Positions 1 to 9,784 are shown, counted from the first letter of the stretch. The stretch: 64,000 nt of DNA from Candidatus Altimarinota bacterium (GCA_965231215.1 OZ246423.1:864001-928000); one strand, 5' to 3'. Numbers and translations: made by a program. The notes: a model not told the origin generated them from the letters alone.

Positions 1-17
1 GAAAATTTATTGAAAAT

Positions 18-959
18 ATGGCACAACCACTTTTGGTGCTCGCCCCTATGGCGGGATATACTGAAAGTCCTTTTAGAAGGCTTATAAAAGAGATTGAACC
101 TTCTACTATTTTGGTATCAGAATTAGTTTCGGCTGAAGCCCTGCGTCGGCGAAATGAAAAAACGTTCCGGATGATTGAGTTTGTAGAGGATGAAAGTCCT
201 TTTTACGGAGTTCAGCTTTTTGGGAGCGAGGTCTCGGCCTTTGTTGAAGCGGCTAAAATAGTAGAAGAAATTGGGGCTGATTTTATTGACCTTAATTTAG
301 GTTGTCCTTCCCCAAAAGTGGTAGGTTCTGGCCATGGATCGGCTTTGCTTCAAAACCCAGGGGCTACCGCCAAGATGATTGAAGCCCTGGTTAAATCTAC
401 AAATCTTCCAGTAACGGTAAAAATGCGTCTGGGATTCTATGATGATTCAGGGCTTATTGATACCGCAAAAAGTTTTGAATCGGCGGGCATTTCGTGGTTG
501 GCGATACATGGTCGAACTACCAAACAAAAATTTACCGGCAACGCTGACTGGACCAAAATTTATGAAGTAAAAGAACACCTCAATATTCCGGTTATTGGAA
601 ACGGAGATGTCACTTCGGCCAAAATAGCTCAGCAGTGGCTCAAAAACTTAGATGGCATTATGATCGGACGAGCTAGTTGGCGAAATCCTTGGATTTTTAA
701 ACAAACGAGAGAGATTTTTGAGGGAAAACCAGTTTCGCCAAAGCCAACTATGACAGACCAAATCAAGTTCTTTCAGCGACATGCCGATCTGGCCATTGAA
801 TTCAAAGATGAAAAGTGGGCCATGATAGAATTGCGGAAACACTTTGCCCACTTCTGCAGAGGATTTAGAGGGGCTTCACAGTTCCGTGATAGACTCATCA
901 AAGTTGAATCTAGAGCCGAAATGGAGCAAATTTTTTCAGAAATTTTAAGCGAGCTTTAG
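18..959 (+). CDS. dusB: tRNA-dihydrouridine synthase (DusB-like)
   Basis: LAPMAG start, DLNLGCP, VTVKMR, AIHGRT, NGDV and GIMIGR motifs of the Dus family. Confidence 0.92.
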   Translation: MAQPLLVLAPMAGYTESPFRRLIKEIEPSTILVSELVSAEALRRRNEKTFRMIEFVEDESPFYGVQLFGSEVSAFVEAAKIVEEIGADFIDLNLGCPSPKVVGSGHGSALLQNPGATAKMIEALVKSTNLPVTVKMRLGFYDDSGLIDTAKSFESAGISWLAIHGRTTKQKFTGNADWTKIYEVKEHLNIPVIGNGDVTSAKIAQQWLKNLDGIMIGRASWRNPWIFKQTREIFEGKPVSPKPTMTDQIKFFQRHADLAIEFKDEKWAMIELRKHFAHFCRGFRGASQFRDRLIKVESRAEMEQIFSEILSEL

Positions 960-984
960 CTTAGTCTGGAAAAAGGAAAAGGGG

Positions 985-1013
985 TTGCAGTTTTGTGCTT
1001 TTTGTGGTACAAT
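985..1013 (+). promoter_or_regulatory. sigma70-type promoter of the 1037-5565 operon
   Basis: TTGCAG-17bp-TACAAT with extended TG. Confidence 0.5.
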
Positions 1014-1036
1014 GGAGGGATAATTTTTATTTCTCT

Positions 1037-1384
1037 ATGAGCATTGCCAACTCTGTGCCTGAAAAGACTCATGTTCTAAGCCTCTTAGAACAATCAAAGC
1101 TGTTTGGTGATCGGCAGAAAAAATTTTTGAATTTAGCCTGGGATAAGCTCCCGAAAGCTAATCAAACTGAGCTTTTTTCGCTTTTAGAAAAAGAGACAGA
1201 ATACCACAAAAAACATGCTGAAGATCTAGAAAATAATTATCGAACACTTCTTCAGAATGCGATTGCTCGTTTGACTGGCGTGAAGCGCGTGGTTCAACGT
1301 CGTCTAATTTCTAGCTCGGAGAGCGTACAAGATTCTGCAAAGAATCCTGATCAAGAATTAATGGAAGCCTTAAAAGACCTCTAA
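1037..1384 (+). CDS. hypothetical helical protein
   Basis: ORF 995-1384; ATG at 1037 lies downstream of the promoter; stop is 3 bp before the next ORF. Confidence 0.65.
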   Translation: MSIANSVPEKTHVLSLLEQSKLFGDRQKKFLNLAWDKLPKANQTELFSLLEKETEYHKKHAEDLENNYRTLLQNAIARLTGVKRVVQRRLISSSESVQDSAKNPDQELMEALKDL

Positions 1385-1387
1385 ATC

Positions 1388-4300
1388 ATGAATCAAAACA
1401 GCCCAGAAGAACGGTTTGCGAATGTGCTTAATAAAGTAGAATTTGAAAAGGCTGAAAATTTAGAAAAGGAATTTGCTCAGCTTCGAGAATCTCAAAAGGC
1501 CGTGGTTGCTGGAGACTCTGAGCTTCAAGCTTTGCTTGACAAGGCTCTTTTGGAGTCGATAGATAAATTGGAAGAAAAAATGTCTGGAGGTGAACTGCCT
1601 CGAGAGCTTATTGAACAGTTTTTAACTTTTTGGGAAAACCTCAACACGGTACCAGCTATTAGAGCCTTGGCTGCCGAGCAGGGATTGGACACCCAAGACG
1701 TGGCCGCTCCTGCTCCAGCAATGAGTATTGGTTTTTCTTTTGAGGTAACCGCGGCAGAAAATTTGAGAGATCCACTCAACCACAATACTCTTTTAGGTCG
1801 AGCTGAAGTGGGACAAATTTTCAAAGTTGTGGGGGAGTTGCCCGCGAGAGGTCAATATGAATATCGTTTGGTTGAGAATCAAAAGGGACAACGGTTTAAG
1901 ATTTGTATTAATGATGATCTTAAATACCGTCTGGCGGCTGAACCGGTTCGGGGAGATGGAAATGATGAAGATAAAGCCGAGTTAGTGTCAGCAGCACCTG
2001 AGCAAGTTGAAGCTCAGCCTTTTTCTGCTCAGGGAGTTGCGCCTGGTCAAAAAATACGGGTATCGGCAGCTGATACTTTAAGAACTTTAGATGGATCAAG
2101 ATCAGGAGTTGCACTTAACGTTGGTGATGAGGTCACGTTTGTGAAAGCTATGGAGGTCAGCTCAAAGGGGTATGAATACTGGGAAGTAGAAGTAAATGGT
2201 GAGCATTATAAGCTGTGTATTAACGATACGTTGGGAGGCACAATTTTATCTGATTCTGAGCGAGTGGTGTCTGGAGCTCAGGCGATTTATATTCCAGACT
2301 CCTCTGGAGGCACTTCTGTCCCGGAAGTTTCTGAAAGAGATCCTAAAACTGAAGCTTTGAGAAAAGCGAACTTGGAAGCATCGGAGTCACTTTTGTCAGA
2401 ACCATTAAGAGCGGTTTATACCGATTTGGTAAATCAAATTCAGGGTTTGAATATTGAAGATAAAAGCACTTTGGGAGCCTCTCCTGTGCACATTACTACG
2501 TTCCGAGGCAGACCAGAGATTTCCTCTGGAAGTTGGCGTAAAGCCGATACTTCATTGGTTTCTGAGACCTGGAATGATCTGACTTCAGAGCAGAGAAAAG
2601 AAGTGGTAGATATGGTCAATCTGTGGTGGAACAGTAATCACGCTGATCTGCTAGAGCCAGGAACCGAGAACCGTAATAGTTACATTACAGATTCGATTTT
2701 GCGATCGCAGTTTTCGGCTTTATCTGCTTCTCCAGAGGCCGAGAATGCAGGGAGCTTAGCCGATCAGGTGATAGAGGGTTTGGTCAACTATGCAGAGACT
2801 AATCTAAATGGAAGATCGGTTTCTTTGGTGGCGGAGGGGTTCCAATTATTAACGGCTAAGATGGGAGCCGAGTACGGAACTAAACTGGCTCAAGCGGTTA
2901 AATCTAATCCTAAAATTGCAATTAGTGAGTTGTATAGCAATTTTTGTGAGGCGGTTGGTAGTGTTGAGACCTCGGCCAATATTCAGGACTTAATTAATGG
3001 CGTTAATTTTTCTGAACTCGGAATCCCGGCTACCTCAAGACCCTTTGTCGTTTCGGGGGATAACTTGGTATACATGGCTAGGACAGGAAAAGTTCAGATT
3101 GATTTAGGCGGCCAGTGGCCAGGGTTGTCAGTAGTAGACAAAGCCGCTGTAATTGGAGGACTAAATGATAAGATTCAGGTTCATGCCAATCGGTACGATC
3201 GATTTGAGGAGGCTTTAGCTAAAGATATTTTAGATCTGTTTAGTGATTATAGTGTAACAGACGCAACTCAAGCGGTTCTGGCTCGTTTACGGCAAGAACC
3301 AAATTTTTTGAATACGTTGCCAGCGGATCGTCAGGACGAGGCTGCCTGTGCCGCTTTTCTGACTCGTTATTTTGATAATGTTTATGGATCAAGGTTTTCT
3401 AGCTTCTCTAATTTAGGAGGAAAGAACGCTTGGGAATATGCTAAGACGCTCATTGATTCTGGCTATGGAAACATGGGGACCGATATTTCTTCTTTTTACA
3501 ATATTGATTCTGTTCGAGCCCAAAACGAAAAAGATAAATCAGCGATTACGCTTGATGATGGCTCACCAGAGTTCCAGGCGAAAATGGAGGAATTTATGCA
3601 GAGCGCTTTTGATCCACAGGCCAATGGTGGAGTAGTAACGTTCCACTATCGATTAACCAGTGCTAATGATAATATTGTTAACACGCCTCATGCTTCTCCG
3701 AATTCTCATGTGACGACTTCTCTGGGCGAAAAAAGTTATGAAGTTGCTTCTACAGGGCGGGCAGTTACTGCTGAGTTAATGCGGTATTTTGCTCAGAAAA
3801 TTGGCCGTCATAGTGTTGGAAAACCAGAATATCTGCAGTATCTGAAAAATGTTAAGGCTGGTGATACACCGCTGATCTACGATTCTTCGAAAGGTGATTT
3901 CGTGGGACCGGATGGAAAAGTCTTCCGTCCACAATCTGGAGAACCTATTACCTTTGATGATGTTGAATTGGCTCATTTTTATCATAAGCACCCAGATGAC
4001 GCAGACCCGGTACGAAGAGATGGATTGGTGGCGCTTATGTCAACAGGGCTGTTTGAGCCGGTTCAGGTGATCAACCTAAATCCTGATGCGGTATCTGTGC
4101 CACCAGCCGGGCGACAATTTAACGAAAGTTTTGTGACGTCTGTTCATCATTCAGAAAAACCAATGAGTCAGACAGATATTGAATCGCTGTATCGACAAGA
4201 ATATGAATCGCTCCTATCTAAACAACCAGGAGGCTCTGAAACCGTTGATTCCTTGGTTGAAAAATCAATGCAATACCTAACTGAAAATTTATACCAAAGT

Positions 4301-4390
4301 ATTTTGGCTCGATCAGATGATCCGACTGAAAAAGTATTTCCGGCAGATTCTCCGCTGCCCATTATAGATTGGAGACAAAAACCTGTTTAG
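1388..4390 (+). CDS. large hypothetical protein with two SH3-like repeats and a putative CHAP/NlpC-P60-like domain
   Basis: 1000 aa ORF; repeat AA(E/D)xLR...G..F.(V)V...G.YEY..V...G..(F/Y)K(I/L)CIND occurs twice; ACAAFLTRY...NAWEY...GVVTFHY...SHV Cys/His pattern. Confidence 0.6.
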   Translation: MNQNSPEERFANVLNKVEFEKAENLEKEFAQLRESQKAVVAGDSELQALLDKALLESIDKLEEKMSGGELPRELIEQFLTFWENLNTVPAIRALAAEQGLDTQDVAAPAPAMSIGFSFEVTAAENLRDPLNHNTLLGRAEVGQIFKVVGELPARGQYEYRLVENQKGQRFKICINDDLKYRLAAEPVRGDGNDEDKAELVSAAPEQVEAQPFSAQGVAPGQKIRVSAADTLRTLDGSRSGVALNVGDEVTFVKAMEVSSKGYEYWEVEVNGEHYKLCINDTLGGTILSDSERVVSGAQAIYIPDSSGGTSVPEVSERDPKTEALRKANLEASESLLSEPLRAVYTDLVNQIQGLNIEDKSTLGASPVHITTFRGRPEISSGSWRKADTSLVSETWNDLTSEQRKEVVDMVNLWWNSNHADLLEPGTENRNSYITDSILRSQFSALSASPEAENAGSLADQVIEGLVNYAETNLNGRSVSLVAEGFQLLTAKMGAEYGTKLAQAVKSNPKIAISELYSNFCEAVGSVETSANIQDLINGVNFSELGIPATSRPFVVSGDNLVYMARTGKVQIDLGGQWPGLSVVDKAAVIGGLNDKIQVHANRYDRFEEALAKDILDLFSDYSVTDATQAVLARLRQEPNFLNTLPADRQDEAACAAFLTRYFDNVYGSRFSSFSNLGGKNAWEYAKTLIDSGYGNMGTDISSFYNIDSVRAQNEKDKSAITLDDGSPEFQAKMEEFMQSAFDPQANGGVVTFHYRLTSANDNIVNTPHASPNSHVTTSLGEKSYEVASTGRAVTAELMRYFAQKIGRHSVGKPEYLQYLKNVKAGDTPLIYDSSKGDFVGPDGKVFRPQSGEPITFDDVELAHFYHKHPDDADPVRRDGLVALMSTGLFEPVQVINLNPDAVSVPPAGRQFNESFVTSVHHSEKPMSQTDIESLYRQEYESLLSKQPGGSETVDSLVEKSMQYLTENLYQSILARSDDPTEKVFPADSPLPIIDWRQKPV

Positions 4391-4404
4391 TAAATTAAAA
4401 ACTC

Positions 4405-5565
4405 ATGTCTAACGAGTATTCACCATCGAATTCAGAAAACCCTCATGATTCAGAGAGAGATAAGGCTTGCGCTGAATTTAGTGCTGAGTGTGCAGATTTG
4501 AGTTCGAGTATTTCGATGGCTAGTACTCAACCAGAAATGAGTGAAGCTTTTAGAGATAACATAAGTTATATTAAGCCTTTTATTGAAGATAAAGTTGATC
4601 TGTCTTATCCGAAGGCCCCTTCTCCGAGGGAAGCCGCGATTCTATTGCAGCCTGAGACGGCTAGAATGGTAGCGACTCTTTTTCAACATTTAGAGGCCGA
4701 AGGTTATCCGAAGTGGTTAATTGATGGAGCGGTGACTATTACTAGTACAGTTCGATCTAAAGAATATACTAATCATATTTATGATCAGTATATTGCTGAG
4801 GCCAAAGCGGCCGGAGATACGGCTACCGCTAATCGTTGGAAAAGGATTAAGGCTCGTCTAGCTAGTGGAGCTCAATTATCTCATACAACGGGGAGAAAGG
4901 TGGACATTGTTGTTTCTCAGAGAAGATTGAATTCTTTGAGTGAGTTTTGGAACCCGAACGGTATTTTCGCGTCTGTAGAAAATTTCTTTAAATCTGGAAA
5001 AGCTTCAGGTTTTAATGCCGATTTTCATGCTGGTCACTTTGATATTTATCCGACCACTCCTAATCCTCGGGACATTCCCTTTGAAACTGACGCCGACATT
5101 AATAATGCTATTGCCGCTCGTAATAACACTTCGCAGAGAAGGGCCTCAGGTAATTATGTAGCAGAGGCGTCTCAAGGCGTTCCGGTGGTGGCCGATTCTG
5201 TTGAACCTGAAGGAGCAGGGCCAGCGGATAAAGTTAGTTTATTCGCTGGACAGGTTGAACCAAAAGGTTCGTCGATAGTTGAGGGAAAAGACCTTCATCG
5301 ATCAGTGATAGTTGATTCTAGAGTCGTTCAAACTCGGCTTAATCTAAGAGATATAGATAATCCAAATAAGGTATTACAGAAGGCTAAAGCTAATGATGTT
5401 TTTGAGTGTTCTCAACCCCCAGCGGTTAAGACTGGTAAAGAATTAGGTCTTGCTGATGAGGATCTTGCTGATCTTAAATTTGTATGTCTTAAGTCTTCGA
5501 AAGGAAAAGTTTGGGCTTGGCTTGATGCTTTTAAACAGGAAGAAGGACCAACAGCAGTTGCTTAG
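4405..5565 (+). CDS. putative M15/LAS-type metallopeptidase with C-terminal SH3-like domain
   Basis: ITSTVRS, SHTTGRKVDI (H-x6-D) and GHFDI motifs; C-terminal LNLR...KVLQKAKAND...GKVWAW. Confidence 0.6.
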   Translation: MSNEYSPSNSENPHDSERDKACAEFSAECADLSSSISMASTQPEMSEAFRDNISYIKPFIEDKVDLSYPKAPSPREAAILLQPETARMVATLFQHLEAEGYPKWLIDGAVTITSTVRSKEYTNHIYDQYIAEAKAAGDTATANRWKRIKARLASGAQLSHTTGRKVDIVVSQRRLNSLSEFWNPNGIFASVENFFKSGKASGFNADFHAGHFDIYPTTPNPRDIPFETDADINNAIAARNNTSQRRASGNYVAEASQGVPVVADSVEPEGAGPADKVSLFAGQVEPKGSSIVEGKDLHRSVIVDSRVVQTRLNLRDIDNPNKVLQKAKANDVFECSQPPAVKTGKELGLADEDLADLKFVCLKSSKGKVWAWLDAFKQEEGPTAVA

Positions 5566-5664
5566 TTTTTATTTAGAAGCCTCGCTTCTTGATCTTTGTT
5601 CAGTTCGGTCTTGAGATTTTTATTTCAATCCGCATAATTTGGGGGATTTTTCCTTGAATTTTTT

Positions 5665-8301
5665 ATGTCTGAAGAAAACCATCTGATTACCGAACGAAAA
5701 GCTAAAATACAGGCCTGGAATGATCTAGGTTTTCCTGGGTATGCCAAAGATTTTGAACGCACTCACACAGCAGCTGAAGCCGTTGAAGACATAAAATCTA
5801 ATGAAGGCGCCTTGCGCGAGGCTCCAGCCATTATGGCTAAACCTCAGCAGGCTCGATCTATGGCCGGTCGTATTGTGGCGAGCCGTGAGATGGGGAAGTT
5901 GGCCTTCCTCAAAATTCGGGATGTATCAGGGAATTTTCAGATTTGTTTGGCCCAAGATTTATTAGGAGCTAATTTCAAAGCGTTATTAAAAGCGTTAGAT
6001 TTGGGAGATTACTGTGGTTTTGCCGGAGAGTTCTTCACGACCAAAAACGGAGAACCTACCCTTATGGCGGTGGAAGTGACGCCTCTTTCAAAGTCGCTAC
6101 GACCGCTGCCCGAAAAATGGCATGGATTAACAGACAAAGAACACTGTTACCGAGAAAGAAACTTAGATCTAATTTCAAATCAAGAATCATTTAAACGGTT
6201 TAAGATTCGGAGTGAAGTGGTAAAAGCCGTACGTAATTTTTATGAAGCACGGGACTTTATAGAAGTGGAAACCTCTATCTTGCAAGCTCAAGCTGGAGGC
6301 GCTATGGCCAAAACCTTTGAAACGCATCACAATGCCTTGGATCATAATTTTCATCTGCGGATTGCGCTAGAACTACCGCTCAAAATAGCCTGCTCAGGAG
6401 GATTTGAACGCATCTTTGAAATCGGAAAATGTTTTCGGAATGAAGGAACCGATCCGTCTCATTTGCAGGAATTTACCATGCTTGAATGGTATGCGGCCTA
6501 CGTCAGCTTTGAACAAAACATGGAATGGAATGAGCAAATGCTGCGTGAAATTGCGACCAAAGTTTTTGGCAAAACGGTTTTCACCGTCAAAGACAAAAAT
6601 GAAACAGATCATGAGATTGATTTTGAAAAGCCCTTCGCCAAGAAACGTTTTGCTGATCTACTCAAAGAGTACGCTGACTTTGATATGTTTAGCGCGAGTG
6701 ATGATGAGGTTCGGGCTAAAGCGGCGGAAGTAGGCGTGGAACAAATCGATGGAGTGGGACGAGCTAATTTGCTCGATGATATCTATAAAAAAACCGCTCG
6801 GCCAAATCTGATTCAGCCAACTTTTGTGTTAGATTACCCAGAAGATCTCAAACCTTTAGCTGCTCCAAACGGAGACGGAACGGCCAGCTGTTTCCAAGTG
6901 CTCATTGCCGGGTGGGAGGTGATTAATGCCTATGGAGAATTGATTGATCCACAAATCCAAAGAGCCTTGTTGGAAAAACAAGCCGAATTCAAAGCCAGTG
7001 GAGACGATGAAGCTATGGAGGTAGATGAAGTTTTTCTCAAAGCCATGGAACACGGATTCCCGCCAATGGCTGGGCAAGGAATGGGGATTGATAGAATTGT
7101 GACCCTGCTTACCGGACAAGACAATCTCCGAGAAGTAGTACTCTTCCCAACGATGCGTCCAGAAACGGGTAAACAAGATAAGGAAACCAAGCTCGCTACA
7201 GCTATTATCAATACCGATCTGATATCTGAAGACTGGCAGGCGCTCAACTCTGTGGGGCATCTGTGTGCGGCCTTTGGAGCGAGAGAAGGAAAATCTCTGT
7301 TCTATCAAGACGAAGTAGAAACCAAAGACGGAAAGACCATTAAACTTAACACCACTCAGGCCATTATGATTAAGGGATGTGACAAAAATCTATCCCTCAT
7401 TGACCTAGCTCAAAAAGCGAAAGCACAAGGATTGCAAGTAGCTGAATTTACCCGAGAAATGCTAGCAACATCAGATGACGCTAAAGTGGCCGAAATTACC
7501 AAAACTAAAAACCTATCTGAGATAGATTTTTACGGCATATTAGTATTTGGTAAAAAATCTGTAGTGGAGAATATGACTAAGGAGTTTGAACTATTAAGAA
7601 GCTTAGAAAATGCTTCCACTAGTCATCCCCATGAAGATGGGGATCCAGATAATAAGAATTCCGATTTAGAAGTAGATTCCCGTATGCACGGAAATGACAA
7701 TTCAGGAGGCGGTTTTGAAATTTTCGATGGAGAATTTGATAGGGATAAAGCTTGGAAGATGGTTAAGTCCCGATGTGATTGGGCCCTCCAAAGACACTTG
7801 GCTCATGTGGCGGTCAGTATGGAAGCTTTAGCGGTGCATCTAGGACACCAAGACCAAAAGGAAACCTGGTACTTAACGGGGCTGCTACATGATATTGACT
7901 GGAATCAAACTATTGAAACGCCAGAACTTCATTGTGGCGAACCTACCATGCAGTACCTGGAAGCCAACGGAGTGCCAGAAGTAATCTACAGAGGAATTCA
8001 ATCTCATCACGAAATCTTTGATCTTCCAATAGATTCAGATCTGCGGAAAGGGCTTTTAGCCGTCGATGAAATCTCTGGATTTGCCGTAGCCGTAGCCCAA
8101 ATGCGCCCCACCAAAATGGAGGGAATTTCACCAAAATCCATTACCAAAAAAATGAAAGACAAGCAGTTTGCAGCTAGCGTAAGCCGTGAGCATATGAAAT
8201 ACTGTGAGCCTTATTTTAACATCCCCGTATCAGAATTTTTACAGATCCTCATTCCCGCCTGGGAGGCTATTGCTCAAGACTGGAAGTTAGTAGGCGAATA
8301 G
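5665..8301 (+). CDS. lysS: class II lysyl-tRNA synthetase fused to DUF2000-like and HD domains
   Basis: OB-fold anticodon domain, RPLPEKWHGL, FRNEG, EFTMLEWY, GMGIDR, LFPTMR; about 380 extra C-terminal aa including GLLHDID. Confidence 0.95.
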   Translation: MSEENHLITERKAKIQAWNDLGFPGYAKDFERTHTAAEAVEDIKSNEGALREAPAIMAKPQQARSMAGRIVASREMGKLAFLKIRDVSGNFQICLAQDLLGANFKALLKALDLGDYCGFAGEFFTTKNGEPTLMAVEVTPLSKSLRPLPEKWHGLTDKEHCYRERNLDLISNQESFKRFKIRSEVVKAVRNFYEARDFIEVETSILQAQAGGAMAKTFETHHNALDHNFHLRIALELPLKIACSGGFERIFEIGKCFRNEGTDPSHLQEFTMLEWYAAYVSFEQNMEWNEQMLREIATKVFGKTVFTVKDKNETDHEIDFEKPFAKKRFADLLKEYADFDMFSASDDEVRAKAAEVGVEQIDGVGRANLLDDIYKKTARPNLIQPTFVLDYPEDLKPLAAPNGDGTASCFQVLIAGWEVINAYGELIDPQIQRALLEKQAEFKASGDDEAMEVDEVFLKAMEHGFPPMAGQGMGIDRIVTLLTGQDNLREVVLFPTMRPETGKQDKETKLATAIINTDLISEDWQALNSVGHLCAAFGAREGKSLFYQDEVETKDGKTIKLNTTQAIMIKGCDKNLSLIDLAQKAKAQGLQVAEFTREMLATSDDAKVAEITKTKNLSEIDFYGILVFGKKSVVENMTKEFELLRSLENASTSHPHEDGDPDNKNSDLEVDSRMHGNDNSGGGFEIFDGEFDRDKAWKMVKSRCDWALQRHLAHVAVSMEALAVHLGHQDQKETWYLTGLLHDIDWNQTIETPELHCGEPTMQYLEANGVPEVIYRGIQSHHEIFDLPIDSDLRKGLLAVDEISGFAVAVAQMRPTKMEGISPKSITKKMKDKQFAASVSREHMKYCEPYFNIPVSEFLQILIPAWEAIAQDWKLVGE
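7622..7698. repeat. palindromic element (GTCAT...ATGAC, RPE/dRS3-like) inserted in frame in lysS
   Basis: GTCATCCCCATGAAGATGGGGATCCAG...GATTCCCGTATGCACGGAAATGAC, translated as SHPHEDGDP...DSRMHGND. Confidence 0.75.
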
Positions 8302-8487
8302 TTTGGGATTTTGAATTTTGCCACGTAGAATATTGTTCTCTGTTAGATTAACAAACGTTTTGGATCAGGTGTTCTGCGAGATACCTACTCCGACATTAAG
8401 TTGCTTGGGCTTTCACTGTCTAGCTTTAGAGCCTGAATTTTTGTCACGACAAAATTTTGTAGACGTATACAATGGGCATAAACACAC

Positions 8488-9597
8488 ATGAAGAAATTAG
8501 TTCTAAGTTTAGGGATTCTATTATTGCCACTTCAGGTATTGGCTGAAGTAGAGCTTTTTCAGTTGGTTATGTTTGATTGGGAGGGAGAAACTAAAAAACT
8601 AAAACTGGTTTCACTGGGTTCAGGAACCTCTATTGGGAAGGATCTTATTATCACCAATAAGCATGTAGTAGAAATTAATGATGAGCCAGCGGATCTTATT
8701 CTACTCTGTCAGGCCAAACAAAAAGCCACGCACAAGGTAGAGTGTAATATCCCAGCAGGAATCTCGATCCTCCATAGAGACTTTGATGTGGCGCTGGTAA
8801 AACCTATTGTTTCAGGAGCTTTTATTCCTCAAGTACGAACCTCTACCGCCATTAAAAGAAAGGGAGATGTGGTGCGAATTGTTGGATTCCCAGCCCCAGA
8901 CGGACAACGGCAAAATTTTGGAGGCCAAGCGACCCTGAACGCCTTTAAAACCTGGGAAGCCGATCCGACCACACCACTGCAAATACGAGGCGATAAACCT
9001 ACCATTACCCGTGGAGAAATCTTGGCGCGGTATAAACTAGAAAATACGGGAGAAACCTTTGCGCTGACTTCAGCCAAAGTGAATTTTGGAAACTCAGGTG
9101 GAGCCGCGTTTGATCAGTTTGGAGATTTTGTTGGGATTCCTTCTTTAAAAGATCGCGAAGGAAATGCCTTTATATTAGAGTACGCCCAAATCTATGATTG
9201 GGTGAATAAAAATTCAGCTAAAAAACCTCAGTTTGATCAGGACGCATTGAATTTTTATAACCAGATATCGAACGCTAAAGCCGCTTCTAAATCCAGCCGT
9301 TGGGCAGGAAGACTTAATAATAAAAGCAGTTCTGCTACCACTGCTACTACTTCAAAGTCAGACCTCAGGGCCAAGCTAAGAGCTCGGTTGCTCGCGCGTA
9401 AAAATGGAATTTCTACCAGCGTTCAAAGTTCTAACACTACCACTAGTAGGGCGAGGCAGAGTTTGAGAGAGCGGCTCAAGGCCCGTTTAGCCGCTAAGCG
9501 AGCACAACTAAAGGCGTCTAAACATAATACAATTTCAACGAATCGATATAACCGGTCTTATTATTTCAATCAGTACCGCCAAGATTTAGCGGATTAG
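8488..9597 (+). CDS. secreted trypsin-like serine protease with basic C-terminal tail
   Basis: signal peptide; GSG, TNKHVV (His), DVALV (Asp), GNSGG (Ser). Confidence 0.85.
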   Translation: MKKLVLSLGILLLPLQVLAEVELFQLVMFDWEGETKKLKLVSLGSGTSIGKDLIITNKHVVEINDEPADLILLCQAKQKATHKVECNIPAGISILHRDFDVALVKPIVSGAFIPQVRTSTAIKRKGDVVRIVGFPAPDGQRQNFGGQATLNAFKTWEADPTTPLQIRGDKPTITRGEILARYKLENTGETFALTSAKVNFGNSGGAAFDQFGDFVGIPSLKDREGNAFILEYAQIYDWVNKNSAKKPQFDQDALNFYNQISNAKAASKSSRWAGRLNNKSSSATTATTSKSDLRAKLRARLLARKNGISTSVQSSNTTTSRARQSLRERLKARLAAKRAQLKASKHNTISTNRYNRSYYFNQYRQDLAD

Positions 9598-9648
9598 CCT
9601 TTTATTTATCAGTTTTTGTGGGGTTTCTAAAAAAGCTCACAAAAGTCC

Positions 9649-9676
9649 TTGACACTCGGTACTAGATTCATATTAT
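9649..9676 (+). promoter_or_regulatory. promoter of rplP operon
   Basis: TTGACA-16bp-TATTAT followed by CGGCCGG. Confidence 0.75.
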
Positions 9677-9681
9677 CGGCC

Positions 9682-9758
9682 GGCTTTAATACGGTATTGC
9701 TACGGACATTACACGTTTTAGCAGCGATCCAAATTTACAGGGGTCAACTATTAAAGCC
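9682..9758 (+). ncRNA. candidate structured 5' leader of rplP operon
   Basis: 10-bp closing stem GGCTTTAATA/TATTAAAGCC enclosing two hairpins (TGCTA/TAGCA; GATCC/GGGTC). Confidence 0.55.
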
Positions 9759-9784
9759 AATTCGTTTAGTGCTTTTATTTAGCT

